From NCBI GenBank assembly GCA_002633005.1, contig NMRA01000156.1, forward strand, positions 460,488 through 524,487: DNA of 64,000 nt. The letters are read 5' to 3'. Below are positions 38,823 to 53,096 of the stretch, in pieces (the first letter of the stretch is position 1; each line of letters opens with the position of its first letter). Below the pieces are notes generated by a model. That model saw nothing but the letters and a program-made list of their open reading frames with translations, had not been told where the DNA came from and did not search any database. This stretch comes from Phoronis australis (Eukaryota > Animalia > Phoronida). Both the position numbers and the translations under genes were made by a program.

Positions 38823-41019
38823 CCATCTTATAACCATTTGTACTAATTCAGTAGTTACTTGTTGCGTACCCACCTTTTCGCACTGTCTCTTAGATTTGTC
38901 TCCAACTGCGTGTAGCTAGCAATCAAGGGCTTATTACACCTTTGAGTCATTTAATTGCGAGCAACAGCATGACGTAAGCAACAACATTGTTAATGATTTG
39001 TCGTCTGAAAACATCACCTGATTCGACGACGTCGTGACCGATTTCATTACGTTGACTTCTTCACGTATCATGTATATCATGGTAAATTAGAATGGCAGGT
39101 ATGTTTGATATTTTCTAGTGTAAATGACTCGCAACGAATGCTATCAGAGCCACATATAAAAATAGTGCAGGTGCAGGCCTGGTGCCCCGGTACATCAGGC
39201 GTCCTTAGGCCGCAAGGCCGGACTCATTACACTAATCACGTGATTCATGGGGACCCGACGTCATCGGCTTCCTCTTGGTAAAATCTTCCAGCCTGTTTGT
39301 TTCAGAAAGATAGAAAGGGCTACATACACATATAACTACTGTGACGTAAGTTAAAGTCTAATTCCGTAACCAAGGACAAAAGTAAATCGTCTTGAAACAG
39401 CTAGACACATCAACACTCCGAGAGACAAATGCTAACCTTGTGATAAACAAAGTTCAAATCAAGAGTTTTTTAATTAACTTCAATATTCGAACTCGAACTC
39501 TACGTTTTTGTTCCGGTTTTCGGTTCTACATTAGGATGGTTTCAAACTTCGTATCTTTTAACTTCTTTTCGATGGTTTACTCACGAATATCTAAATCTAA
39601 GTACGCCAAAATCCATCCGCAAACTCATCAAGGGTGAAATTGAGTTTCGTAATCAAGAACGCAAGAGAAATCGTCTTGAAGGATGGACACGCCATCACGT
39701 TCAGACAAACTGCTAACATTATTATAAACAAAAGTTTATTAGACAATTGCACGCTCGTCGAGGTCACTCTGACGTCGATCAACATTGACGTTTACCATCT
39801 AATAAATTTCGAACGGCATTGTAATCATAATTTAACTCTAACAAAAGTAGAATTATCAAATTTCCTAAACGCATGGAAATTTGCCACTTGAACTCCCTCT
39901 ACGTCACAAGAAGTCGGTAGAGTGGTTGACTATAATATCACTGCGTGTTTCAATAGCGGATCAGTCGAAATACTTCCTCTGAGAGGTGTCGATCGGGGTT
40001 TGTCTTTCTTATTCATCCGGTCATTGTCAGAAGTTGTTTCATCCGCATACTCCACATTTTTATTCACATTGTTCGATTCGTCCAACATGTCGGGACGCAC
40101 AATCAGCTGATTAAATCATGAGCAAAGAGGGGAGATCAGTCATATTACTTTCCACGTGTCGCCCATGTTGCAACGGTACGTAAGTAAAATACTTTTTGAA
40201 AATCTAAGAATATAATCTGCAGGTTATTTACATTATAGTTTTGCTTATCTATGTCGCCTTATTGTTTACATTCATTATAACTGATTCACAAACAGTGAAT
40301 GGTTTGCCAGTAGGATCTAATATCCTGTTTTCCTTATCTTATCTTCGAACTCGCTTTCCAGCATTTCGCCACTGATCCCCCTTTTTATTTTAGAAGGAAC
40401 TAAAACTAAGTATTTCTGACTTTGTGCCTGAGTGCATTGAATTTAACACAGATGGGTATCTCGAATGTTCGCAGATGATAACACAAAATTCCATTCGAAT
40501 TTGGGGCATTAAATTTGGGGTCATCGGGTATGAATTTGGGTTAAATATTCATCCGCGTAAACCATAATATAGTCGAATATTAATTCATAGCCACTTAGGT
40601 TTCATCCTGAAGTTAGAATATAAAAAAGCTCTAGTTGACAGGGTGCTGTGAAGCAATTATCACTCGACTATGAAGAAGAGTACTTTTTGTCGCGTCTTAT
40701 ATTGATTTCTCAGATTTCGTTTTACTAAAAATGGACAGTGCACGGTACGTCAGCTCAAAAACGGTTTGGTACACGGCATTTAAAGAAGAATGTAATTTGA
40801 ATGCTTCCTCATTTGTCCCCTTTGTAATATTTGAATTTGTTTTTGACCTAATGACGTCGAAGTAACTAACCAGGGAAGACAGCACATTGTTTTAGTGGCT
40901 AGTCCAAGCCATGTCTATCTCAGTATTTATTGATGGGTGAACAGCAATATTTTTTCACAAATTGTTTTCAAGATCAATGTTCCGAAATGAATTTGTTTGT
41001 ACAATTTTAAAATGAGGCT

Positions 41020-41232
41020 TTTTAATAATAATATAAGCACAGACCCAGAAATGGCTTACGCATTCTGTCCAGGTTCTCTTTTACTCCCTTGCATACATTT
41101 CGCTATCAAGACCGAGCTCAGAGGAGTAGGAGACACTTTTGCGCAATGCTCGATTGTCAGCAAATGAAGCCTGGATTCGAACCTAGGTCCCCCAAAACAG
41201 GAGGCCGGAGCTCAAATCACTGAGCCACACTG
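41020..41232 (-). mobile_element. tRNA-derived SINE
   Basis: Minus strand carries an A box (tggctcagtg), a B box (ggttcgaatcc) and a (tat)n tail. Confidence 0.7.
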
Positions 41233-41490
41233 TTTTGGTTAAGAACTCTATTGTATTTTCTGTTGGATAGCTTCACAGGCACTCGCTCGTATCCTCTGCA
41301 CAGTTTTCGATCATCAGGTGTACCGTACATTTTTGATGTAAATTGCCAATAGGCATGACAAACAAGTCAATTAAAACAGCATCTCATTCGAGACCACATA
41401 TCTCATCATCAGGCACACAGTAAAATGGGCATGCTAGAAACGACATCAACAATGACAGCAGGTAGATAAGCGTTCAGGCAGTGGCTGCGA

Positions 41491-43150
41491 ATAGCGGAGA
41501 TGCAGCCCCGCCATATTGGAAATGGGTCAGAATGTTGCATTGTGGGTATAGAGATATTCAGTAACAAATGTCCGTAAGCGAACGGGAGAAGCGGTCACGA
41601 GACGGTTATACGTGTCGTGTGCCTGGCTTCCTTAATTACAGTAAGCGTGATAAAAAAAAATTAGCTACTAGCGATTTCGAGGGTATCAAGAAATTCTTAA
41701 AAATGGATGAATAATATTGGTGTAGCTAAAAACAAAGGGCGCTTTAGTGAATGCGTTGCGGCATGAAGTAGGCAGCGCTCATTCTGGAAAATAAGAAAAC
41801 GTATCCTGGAGACAGTCTTACAAAATTTCCACTGGAAGATAGTAAGAACAAGCACTTCACGATCTACGGAGGATTGGGAAAAAAGGTGTTTTCGCTTGAC
41901 CAAATTCAGCCGTTCTGAGCATTCTCCACGTCAGTTGATTCTGCGTCTGGGCCCGCACCAAGAAAGTGAAACTGGAAAGCAGAGCGTCTGCAGTTCTGAG
42001 AACAGCTACTGCTTACTAGATGGCAATGACAGCAGCCTGTAGGATAGGATATTGTTAACTAGAAGCGTAACGAAATTATTGACAGTATGAGGTCACAAAT
42101 AAACGAACTAGAGGAGGATATCTCAAATGTGAAGAAAAGAATTTTTGCGTGTAAACAAGAGCTATATCACACAAACAAAAAAATGGTCAAAAAAGTGGCA
42201 AAGAAAATATCATCTGCTTAAGCTGGAGTTAAGAAAGGAACAAGAAATAGCAATTGGTTTAGACTGAACAAAAGAAAATCTGAAACAATACAGTTTACAT
42301 CGGTTTCAACTGAAGATCACTTCGTTTATTATTGTTGGTAATTAGAAAGTTTATGTCATATCTTTGTGTAGGGTAATTACAAATATGGGATGTCATCGAC
42401 AGTAAGAGCATTCATTCCCTCTTGTTCTTAAAAAAATATTTTTTGATATTATTCGAATTCAAGTAAATTACTGCGAACATAAATTTAACATATGTAATAC
42501 ATTTTGGAATTCAAGGCAACTAGGGTCTTTCTGGGTATTATGTGACACCTATTTGATTTTAGTTTTGGCTTTACACTCGTTTTGTTGATGTACAACCTCG
42601 GGGTGATGAATTGGCACTTTCTGACTGAAGTTGCAATGAGTTTGAAATAGCGCTGTACGCATGGCAAAAAGCAAATTTGGATAAAAAGGCTTGTGTCACA
42701 GTTGTGTCATCATTGTTCTGTGGGAAAGCAAGCAAGGGACCCACATGTTCACGTGTACACCTATCGCAATGACGTCGTTGGGACTTCTGTGCGCGAACTG
42801 TATGCATTGAATCATCTCCGGCGACCCAGTTTGAAACTGTAAAGGCGCCAAGCATCGTTGCGCTAATTTGTAGCAAACTAACAGTGAATTGCACTTTGGT
42901 AAAACATGCGACGAATGGTGACAATGGGTATATCTGCTGAAACTTTAGTGACGTACATCCGACGTCGTAGACCAAGGACTAGAATCGAATCAGCCTCCCG
43001 GCACTTGATACTTTAGATGTATTAACTAGCCGAACTAATAGCATGGTAATGCATTATGGGAATTGGCAAATATACACGCGCAAACAGATTCAATGACGTC
43101 ACAGGCAAAAGTAACATTGAGCCGTGTGCCAGGACCTTGGGGCCTCTTAT
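41491..43150 (+). mobile_element. Second, unrelated degenerate THAP-bearing DNA transposon
   Basis: YTCRVPG..NYSKRDKK.SY*RF....ILKKWMNNIG (~41608-41720), KKTY..KFPL and a coiled coil, plus a convergent minus-strand ORF at 42571-42975. Boundaries are approximate. Confidence 0.55.
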
Positions 43151-45913
43151 TTACGATTTAAACCGTTATATCCAAATCAAGGCAAGATATTTCCAGTGCT
43201 AAAAAACTAAGATTTAAAAAACGGTGCCTCTATAAGAAGAAGGCGGTTATCGTACTCCTTAACCACCGATTCTCTGTTCTGTATTTCGCGCCTGTTATGT
43301 TCCGTTCCATTTTCTTTTTGTTGTAGAACGCAACTAGTCTAAACTATAATGAAAAAGACTTTGATAACACGGAAATCTTGAATTCGAGTCTGAATTATGG
43401 AGATTAAATCCGGCCCAGACCCACAAGTCATCCCTACGTGCGCGCGGCACGTACATAAAAGAGAGCGCTTCTGCTCGGATACAAGTTACGTCGGTTGTAA
43501 AACCACGACGCTGAATAGTGTTCAGCCTAAATTAGCGCCAGTTTTGAATCACTCTGTGCCGATCAGTCCCGGCTTACTTTTGTCTGCGGTTTCGTGAAGA
43601 ATAAAAATGTGTCGACTGCTTTTCTTTACAAAACTGAAAGATCACGTTCACGATAAGCCACAAATAACGCTATACGGTGCACATTTTTACTATATATTTA
43701 CTAGGACTATATTGCTCCCAGATAGTTATCATGCTCAGAACGACACGTCGAAAAGACCAATCGGCCATTCCTGTTACCGCTATCAATCCCAGTAGACTTT
43801 GCGCTGACTAATATCCGGGTATGCACAGTTGTTAAACCAATTCGGCTGCAACACAACACAACACGCGATGGGAAGCCTACAAGACAATAGCGGAACACAA
43901 TCAACAGAATATAAAGTCGTGTTTTTAATCAAGACTGTCATTTTAGGACACAAGGCGAGATCGTTCGATCTTGCGAAGCTGTTCGGGGACTTCGCCCTCA
44001 TCAACTCTACTCAAGATTGTCGTCACTGAGGGCTGCTACCGATTTTTTTTTTTTAAATAGAATCATTGATTTTAAATAGAATCACAGGTTTAAGATGGTC
44101 GAGATGTCCAACTAGATATATTTTCCATTTTATCACCTCTTATCTTTTGCCAGTGTAAGAATGACCTCACTTTATTATTGTCTGGCTAAAGTATACCCCA
44201 ACTAATTTATTGCAAAAAATGATACTTAGTGTAATTTTTTCTCTCAAAAATCACCCACTTTTAGCAGCGCATTGCTGTTTTTCTAGTGATTGAGATTATC
44301 CCTAGGGATCTTAACTTTTGTTTCCGCGACGTCATTTGTGTCACGCTTATTCTGAACCTATATTTAAATGTGTTTTGTTCTGTTCGCTAATTTATCATCT
44401 TTCTTACACCATCAGCTCGGTATGAACACAAAGCCATTCGGCTTAGACGTTACTAAATAATCTCGGAAGTATGTGATAAAGCCACTAGTCTTATCAAACA
44501 AAAGAGTTAAAACTTATAACTATCTGAATGAACACTGTAAACCTATCACGTCTCCGTCTTTACCAAAGCTGAAAAGTAACAAAAGCTGGTGTTAAAACAG
44601 AAGGCACGACATCCAGTGGTTGCTCTGCACTATTTTGGCGGACGTTTCCGCTTCCACCTGACTTGTTCACTTACACTAGGATAATCTAGAGAAGAGTTAA
44701 CATAATCGCGTTATTTTTCTCATGAAGTTTTGACATAAGTCATATTTAATCTGCGCAGCGTCAATCGCAGCGTGAAACTGTAATTACTCGTTTGTAATGA
44801 GGACTTTGGCAAACAAAAACGCGTTAAACGATCAATCAGTTGTAGATAAAGAATGTGAGCCGTTTTACGCACTCTTGACTAACAGGAAAGAAGATAATGG
44901 ACAAAAGCAAATGTGATCCTTGTTTGGCTGGCTCGTGTGTCAAGTCGAGATACTGATTGTATGTGTCAGTAAGACCTTGGGGTGTTTCCTTTTCAGCTAG
45001 TTTCAGACATCGATTCTGATGTCGTACTAAAGCAGCATTAAACTCGTCAGTCAAAGACCAAGTTTTGATTTGAACCCCTGACCGTGATAAATTTTGTCTC
45101 AAATTGTCCGTTATTAAATTGAAGATGATTTCAGGACATTGAAAGAGTTTGACACTTCATTAGTTTTTCAGTTCATAAAGATTCAGGTCACGCCGTGTCC
45201 TGCAAGTGGCTTGGTCAGAAGAAGTAGCGAACTGTCGGATCTTCCAAACCCAGAAATCACTTCTAAAGGAAAAAATAAGACAATTTTCTAACAGATCGTA
45301 GTGGCCTAAATAAAAAATGTTTGGCAAAAAATACGGATTGAATATTGTTTTAAAGACGGCCTCAGTCTGCATAGGCCCAACCGGTACTGAGTATCGCTTA
45401 AGTATACTCAAATTAATGCGTGCATCAAACAAGAATGAAATCTGTAAAATGTTCTTTTTGCCAAGTTAGGTTCATGGCCTTTGCGAGTTAATGTTGCATC
45501 ATTGAGTATGTGAAGATGTGCCAAAACAGCAACTTTTAATGTAATTTCAACGACTGATTCCACACTAAAATCACTTCATTCTTTTCTCTTCCGAAATTGT
45601 CTACCCTAAATTTGCGTATAGTGCAGTGCACAAGCCTTCCAAAAAACATTAAATTGTTTGTACAGTGTTGGGCAAGATAGCTTACCGGTGCACGACTACT
45701 GTTTGGAGGTGGATATACAGAAAGCGTGTTGTCGAACTACCTATTAGAATTAGAGGAGAATGCCACCCGATTTAATTAGTCTTTTTTACCGTCTTAATCG
45801 GTCTATATCCACATCACCTCGTATACGGTCGATCTTACCTCGCTGAGAGGTGTCGCGTTAACCTGTGAGAAAGGTGAGAAAAGACGCAGCGACGTCAGTG
45901 GTTCTTTTGCAGA

Positions 45914-46235
45914 GTGAGTGCCGCTCTGGTGGGGTGTATCGTTCCCGCTTGTGCGAACTATGAAGCTGCAAGGAAAGCGGGTATATCGTTTCTCCGATTT
46001 CCTCGAGAGCCCACAATGCTTCGGGAGTGGCTCGCGGTAGTGAAGAATGAAAAGTATGCCGTTAATACCAAGTATGGGGCAGTGAAACATCTCTGTGTCT
46101 GTGGCCGGTATTTCGTCAACAGTGATTTCACTGACGATCGAATGCCGGCTTACTAAACAGCTCATGCCAGGGCAGAAGAAGAGACTGGGGCTGAAGTCGG
46201 ATGTTGTACCTAGTGTGGCGGTTTGCGTTCGGCAG
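45914..46235 (+). pseudogene. THAP domain, N-terminus of a truncated transposase, frameshifted
   Basis: CIVPAC..FLRFP..EWL..VCGRYF, then after a frameshift RLGLKSDVVPSV. These are the C2CH, FP, W and AVP hallmarks of THAP. Confidence 0.85.
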
Positions 46236-46380
46236 GCAAGAGGCAAAGACGGATCGGTTTAATTGTTGATCGGTTTTTGATTATGAAGAATTGTAATTGG
46301 CCATGAAAACATAAACAATTACAATTAATGCAAGGCATGAGAACAACGTTTTACGTGTATATAACCTCTTTGATGACTGA

Positions 46381-46957
46381 CTCGTTCGCCAGGCTTCTGT
46401 TTGGTCCTGGGTGTAGGACGTTTTCGCCAGTTCTTTTTCGCACCTCTATAAATGTCGTTAGCAGACCTCTGTTCAGATGCGGTGGAAAATCAGGGTGGTC
46501 CGTGAGACACATCTGCGCTTCTCCACGAAGGCGTTTCACGTGCGGAATTTCGTTGGTGGCAGCAAACGCAAGCGTAAGTCGTTTCCATTATCTTGCATTT
46601 GGCACACTGACACCATGAAGTCATTCAAACGGTTTTCGGAACGGCACCTCTCTAGTATTTCTTGATCAGTGTATTCCGGTTCGACCTGACAGCCTGTGAA
46701 ACCTAACGATCGATCTGCGAAGTATTCGTCAGATCGGTTGAGCACTCGAGCAGTGAGCGCACTGACACCATGGCAAGTCATTCAAACGGTTTCGGAATTA
46801 CCCATATGTTCCGTTGTTTGTGCACGTTCACGACGCCTCTCTAGTATTTCTTGATCAGTGTATTCCGGTTTGAAATGATAGCGTATGAAACCTAACGATC
46901 GATCTGTGAATCTTCGTCGGATGAGCGCTCGTCAACGTCGGGATTGCGAGTTGCCAC
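46381..46957 (-). pseudogene. Cys-rich second gene remnant (KolX / P2X7-ballast-like), internally duplicated and frameshifted
   Basis: Reconstructed across frameshifts: EPEYTDQEILER..RLNDLPWCQCAKCKIMETTYACVCCH-EIPHVKRLRGEAQMCLTDHPDFPPHLNRGLL. Confidence 0.8.
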
Positions 46958-49786
46958 GTTGACGTTTATTATTGTGCGTTCTGTTTCAAAAATGATTTAT
47001 TCTCATCCCGGCTTACCAATGCTTATACAAAAACTGAAACAAAGTCGCAAAAACTGTCTCATTAGATGCAATTTGTAATGTCTTTGGAGTGTTCGTGAGT
47101 GCAAACGTTTTGAGAAGCCAGCAATGAATGAATCACTGCGTTACTGGCTTTAGATACAATATACTAATTGTCCGGGCACCGAGGCCGTGCGAGCGCTTGC
47201 TAATTCAGTGTTTGCTGACAGAAAACTGTTGTGAAACAATAACTCTATGGTCAGATGTTAGGAGAATCTTTATTTAGATATTTATATTCATTATTCGAAT
47301 CATATTGGTACTGTACAATTTTTGCCCTGACGGTTCTGTGGAAGGGTAACCTGACTTCGCGGCCCCCGAAGAGCTAGTAAGTAGATTTGCAGTTTCGCGG
47401 CCAATTCAACAAAATTATCATGTGCACATTATTTCTTCGGCTCACTAGTAGAGTCTTTTCGTGACTGGAAGTTCACTTTCCAATTTTAGCTGGCTTATGT
47501 TCGTGATGTCTTCAGTCCGGCCGCGACGGGCCTCAGTGATCGGGTTCCGAGCTACTGACCGGAAAAACAAGCGTTTTGTGTTTAGAACTGAAAAAATCGC
47601 AAGTCAAAAATTACAACACACAGCTATGTTCTCTTGTCTGTATTTCACGGACGAATAATTCGAATTTATCATCGAACAGATCCCAAACTCCCGCGACCGA
47701 CCTTCAAGTTGGTAAATTGGCCGGCTACCGAACTTCGTAGGCTACAGTACGTTCAAATACCTATAAATCCGCAACAGCGAAATAAAACAACACGTTTGTT
47801 CAATAACTCGATGTATTTGTAAGGGTTTTACATCAAATTTTGATGATTTATTGATGTAAAACGATGAATTCAAGCAATAAGCTGACACCTGTAAGCGTGT
47901 TGTGAACTGCTGATAGGACTACGTTCGAACCTCTGACGTCATTGGTTAATCTCAACACCTCAGTCTGACGTCAGGTGTCAGGTAAAAGAACGCTACTTGC
48001 TGTTATTGAGTGGACCTAATCGATCTAAATTGATACAAAATGGGTTGTTTTTGGGTGACGTTCTCCTTTAACTTGTCAATTAATTCAAAGCATACTGCCG
48101 AGCCTGCCGACTGGAAAATAGCTGATGATGAAAAATAGAGCTGCGTAAAATAAGAAGACGAACGTCAATGGGAAATTATAATAAAAATGAATAATTGAAA
48201 GAATGTTCATAGGTATTCAATCTCCCGGCACGTAGTCTAGGTAATTTCATGTTGCTGGCGGCCAAAGGTCACCTTTCGGAGAGTCCTTATAGAAAATACG
48301 AGGCTGAATTTAATTTAAAAATCAACACCTAAGTTCTCAATAAGGCTGATCAGCGTAAGTGGTGCCCAGCTGTACTGCTTACCGCGTTACTTATCGAGAG
48401 TTTGTTCGCTCGTATATAGGTTCCATATACGTATTATAGCTTGTTTGAATTCCACTTTATTAAGCATTTACTACATAAGCCAACACTAGCGCGCGTTATC
48501 TTTACTTATGTTCGGTCAGAGAGTGTGGAAAACGTGTTTGGGTAATTTAGAATAATTGCCGAGAACAATACCGACGCTAACGTAAACAGTGGTGCAGTCC
48601 CCGATCACTCATTGCCGGTACACTACTTATGACGTCAAACGTACCTGGATGACTCGTCCAGCTTATACCGGGCGTATTTGAACACAAATTGCAAAAAAGG
48701 GGTGAATGGCTGTTTTTTTTTACAAATAAGAGTAAGTAAATGCCTATTTTTAGCTTTGGTCCCGGGGTTTCTACCTTAATATGTGGTTCGTCCTCGTGAA
48801 AATGGTGGGCGCTGCAACCTCGGCTAATTAGGTCACCTATTCATCACGTAAACCATTAACATATATTATATGTAAAAAGTACTGCTCAGTCGTCGATAAC
48901 GGCTTAGAAGAACTTTAAGCTGAAAAGGATAACTATGTATAAGCTAACTTTGTAAAAGTGTCAACAAACTAGGTAATATGAAAGTGAGTGAGTAAACATT
49001 TCGGGTACAGCTTAAACCATCGTCAGTGCTGACAGACAGAATCATGTCAAGAATGGTATGACATTTGGCTTACCTCAATTTCCAACTGCTGCCTGCTAGT
49101 TTTGTTCTTGACCCAGTTATGTTGCATATCCAGCAGAGTTATGATGAGCAGGATATTGGCAACACTGTTCAAAAGTCTTAGGTTTTAAAGTCATATTTCT
49201 TGTCCTACTTTCAAAATCCAAAATCCCACCACGTGCACTTTCCACAAACTATTCGATTATGCTAAAAATTTTCAAAATGAAACTTTGAAAAATACTATTG
49301 TTTCCTCCAGTCTGTTTGTGGCGGGTCTGATTATTTAGAGAACGATAACATCAGCAGCCTGTTGCGTCAACAGGCGATGTAACTGCGGCCTACAACTGCA
49401 CGATTTCTTTGAAGATTGCGGCGAGTTTCGAGGCAAGCGACCAGGTCGAGTTGCTCATTCTCGACCGTTGAGGTGTCGTAGAATTCTTCTCATGATAGTA
49501 GGAGACACCAGATATTAGAAGTCTGTACACATCAAAGACTCCCTGCACACTCTCGAATTAAAAGCTTTCAACAAATCACATCAATCAGGCCACAGCTTTG
49601 GCCTTGACTCTCGCCATTTCTATAGTGACTTGCGCTGACCGGTCTCCTGTGATTCTGTCTGGTAACACTGACGGTGGTTTAAGCTCGAACTGAAACTTGC
49701 TTGTGTACATTTATGTTAATATGATTATTTAAGCATTCCATTGATACCTTCCAGATAGTGATTTGACCTAAAACGCCTGTCGTACA

Positions 49787-49927
49787 CAGTGGCGGATTTA
49801 AAGGGTGGGGGGCAAGGGTGTCATGGCCCCCCTAACATTCTCCCAGACTCCATTAGGTAGTTCGGGGGTGCGAATATCTGACGGGCAAAATCCTGGCTAA
49901 TATTCCCCCTAACTGGATCTGCCCCTG
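49787..49927. mobile_element. Short MITE
   Basis: cagtggcggattta ... tggatctgcccctg imperfect TIRs. Confidence 0.6.
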
Positions 49928-51973
49928 GTGTTTTTAAAGACTTCCTTGTCGGATTTTTATTCAGGATGCCTCAGACTATCGGGATAGTCCTAATAATTCT
50001 TTAGCAATACAAGAAAACACCATTTGAATACTCAATGGTAGTAATACCAAATGACATATGAAGTGGCGTTTTCGCGGCATATTGCGTCATAGCCGGAAAA
50101 GCCAAACGAAGAACGACCAATGGCAGTGATTTTGAACATTCGCTGGTGCCTGCAGTAACGATGAGTATCTGCCGCGGGTACCAGAATCTATTGAATAGAA
50201 CACTAACGTGCGCGGGTGTTCTTCGTAGCTGTTAAAATTAAACCAGAATTGCTGCGGTGACGAAGACGAGCATCAGGCAATAGCCTTTTATTACATGTGG
50301 TAAGTTATGACTTCAGTGTGGAAGAAAGTAATTCACACGTGATACCGTTTGAGGTCAAAGTTTAAGATTTGCCCATTTCTTCGTCGGCGAAATTAGCTTC
50401 CAAGGCCCAATTCGCTTGTTTAGTACGACGTCATTTTGACGCTTTAGACCTAGTCCAATGAAATTAAAATGCCAAAATTAAAAACAGTAATGATTATTAT
50501 GCCAGATTTACGTAGCGCTTCGAAAATTACTACCTGGCCATGGGCATAGCCAATCCTAATCCAGTGACACAAAGTGTTGAAAAAATCAAGTGCTAAATTG
50601 CACTCGAGGCTACCTGAATCGGAAAAATTTCACGATCTGCAAAAGTCTTGAAAATATGATTTGACTGTGTATTTCTATTCGTATTGAGGCGTAAATCGCC
50701 CAAATACGTCACCACTGAACATCCAAACAGAGTTAGCATTCATTTTACGTGCTGACACGCACTCCTCAAAGACTGATGAGAACACACTGAAGACCATTTG
50801 GTCATGTAAAACGTTGTCTGGAAACGTGAAAGAACATTTACTGTGCATTGCAGCATAATGTTAGCGGTAATCTCTTTTTAATCGCTCACTCGAGTAGACG
50901 AGGTTTTCATTGCTGCTGCATTCTTGAGTCAGTGTTCAAAAACCTAGAAATAAAGATTAGTTGTCTGTTGATAAAATTCCGCTTAGGTCTACGACATTTA
51001 CTTTTATTTTTTGTCACTGAAATGCGGCGTTGCAGATAAGATGCGATCGTTTATTCGTTCTTTTGCTTATTAATGCAGAGAAAGGCAGGTTTAAGAGGCA
51101 CAATAGCTCAGATGTCTGTCACAAATAGCTTTGTTTACTTTGGAGTGAAACTAAAAATTATATGTATGAAAGTTATGTCTAAGTAAATAAAGTTTTAACA
51201 GCCGGAACTTCAGGCTAATAAAGCCATTAGGCTAGTATATTCTACAAGTGCATTATACAACAATCCCATTTATCCCTAAATAAATGTAGATACCATTTCA
51301 CAGACGGCATCTTCCCTGAGTAGACAGGTAAAGTTACGGCGATAGAGGAGACGTGCCGCTGAGATGGGGATCTATTTCTCAATTTTCTTGGGGCGCGTTT
51401 TCACCATTTTGTCAGTTTTGATTAAGCGGCTACAAAACTGGAATGAGTGATGTCTTATTTCCTTCCTGTAAATTCCTGACTGATTATATGAATATGTGAT
51501 ACAAAAATATGTTTTTTCTTGATACCACTAGGCATTAAACATGATGATACGGTATAACTTGGGCAGGATGGGCCAGAGGAAACATAAATATGGGTCACGT
51601 TTTAAACCTTTTTCAATAGGTATAAACATGGGGCATTTGGACCGGTACAAGTATCGACCCAATTAGGAAGCTCCCTTACCCTAAAAAGATGACTGCCCCA
51701 CCACCATATTGATTCGGTTTTATTGGAAAATTCAATTCGCACCATCGTATTCGCAGGATTCTCGTCAGTGAAAAATGCAGTTTCACTTGTTTTGCCCTTT
51801 CCTTTTTTCGCATGTGTATCATTTTTAATCTTGTTTCGTTGTTTTTATTTGTTTCCAATAATTTCACGCAAGTTTAGGCTTTTAGTTTAGGCAATGCTGC
51901 TAAAACTAACGTTATTATTTCGAGTTTCAAAAAGTTTTGATCATGCATTTTTCTTGTTATTATTACTCTTTCG

Positions 51974-52190
51974 TACGGTGGCTCAAAACCGACATTGAAA
52001 AAATGTCATAGCGAGAAAAAAATAACTTTTCTCCGCAGAAAATTTTCTCCGCGGAGAAAACGTTTCTGCCGCTGAAAAAAATACTTTTCTCCGCGAAGAA
52101 AATTTTCCTCCGAGGCGGAAAGGTTTTCTCCACGGAGAAAAGTTTTATATTGTAATTTTATTTTTTTAATGTCAGTTTTGGACCACCGTA
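51974..52190. mobile_element. MITE with internal palindromic ttttctccgcggagaaaa units
   Basis: tacggtggctcaaaaccgacatt ... aatgtcagttttggaccaccgta. Confidence 0.75.
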
Positions 52191-53096
52191 AAAACGTGAC
52201 CTTCGACATTTGATAGCGATTTCAAGCCGCAGCTAGTCCGATTTCTTTGAGCGCATGCGCTCATATCTATTATTGGGGGTGGAGAATTTGAAAATTGTAT
52301 TGGGATGAAAGTTTTTATTTCGTCTGTGTTTCAAAAATAGTGTATCTGACATTTTTTTCTAGAAATTCTTGTAATATTCAAATTTAGTTACTCTCAATAT
52401 GTAGATTCCCCACTATCTGTCCAAAATTTATTTTTTCTAGTTTTCGCGTTCCATGCCTTTTGAAAATCTTTATTTTACTTCACATGCGTTTGAAAAACTT
52501 TCAGCATACGCCTTTAAACGATTGCAGAAACAGCATGTACCTATCGCTGGAACATCGCGTGTTGTTCGCTTATCAACTGAGTTTAACCCGGATAATCTAT
52601 GAGATATGGTATTTCAAATATCCGGCGCAAGCTCTTCAGCACAAGACCCATTAACAGTTTACGATTCCGCCTGCTACGAATAATAGGCCTGCTGTCTACG
52701 GTTTATCACAACTTCGTGCCACATTTCTTCGCTATAACGGATCACATTAGGCAATGTACTTGTATCGTTGTCAATAAGTTCTGCATAAATTGCTTGGCAA
52801 ATGACGATTAAACGCCACAGTCGAATACGGCGCTTTAATTTCAATCCCTGGTTATCTAACTAGTGACGCTGATTGCTCACTGGCGAATTCGGGATGTTAT
52901 AAGGATGATAACCACAGCTTTCGTAGGAAAATTCTTTCGCAGGCCGTAAAATCGGCATGTCGACGGGTCTGTTCCTCGTGTTCGGAGAGGGGCTCGGCAC
53001 AAAGGAGGGCCAACGCTTCACAGACACACGGGTCCCTCCATGAAAAACTTGTGAAAATTGTGACTTCCAAATATCCATATTTATTGGTTTGGAAAA

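Larger units (their letters stand above)
45754..48067 (+). mobile_element. Kolobok-like element copy D (longest, 2.3 kb)
   Basis: ttag|aggagaatgccaccc ... gggtgacgttctcct|ttaa. Carries a fuller THAP remnant and the Cys-rich antisense gene remnant. Confidence 0.9.

Noticed and set aside
44836-49170. Short minus-strand ORFs and a strong donor near 49075 as extra exons
   Set aside because: No recognisable protein similarity. They could be UTR exons of the KCNE-like gene but cannot be supported without RNA data.
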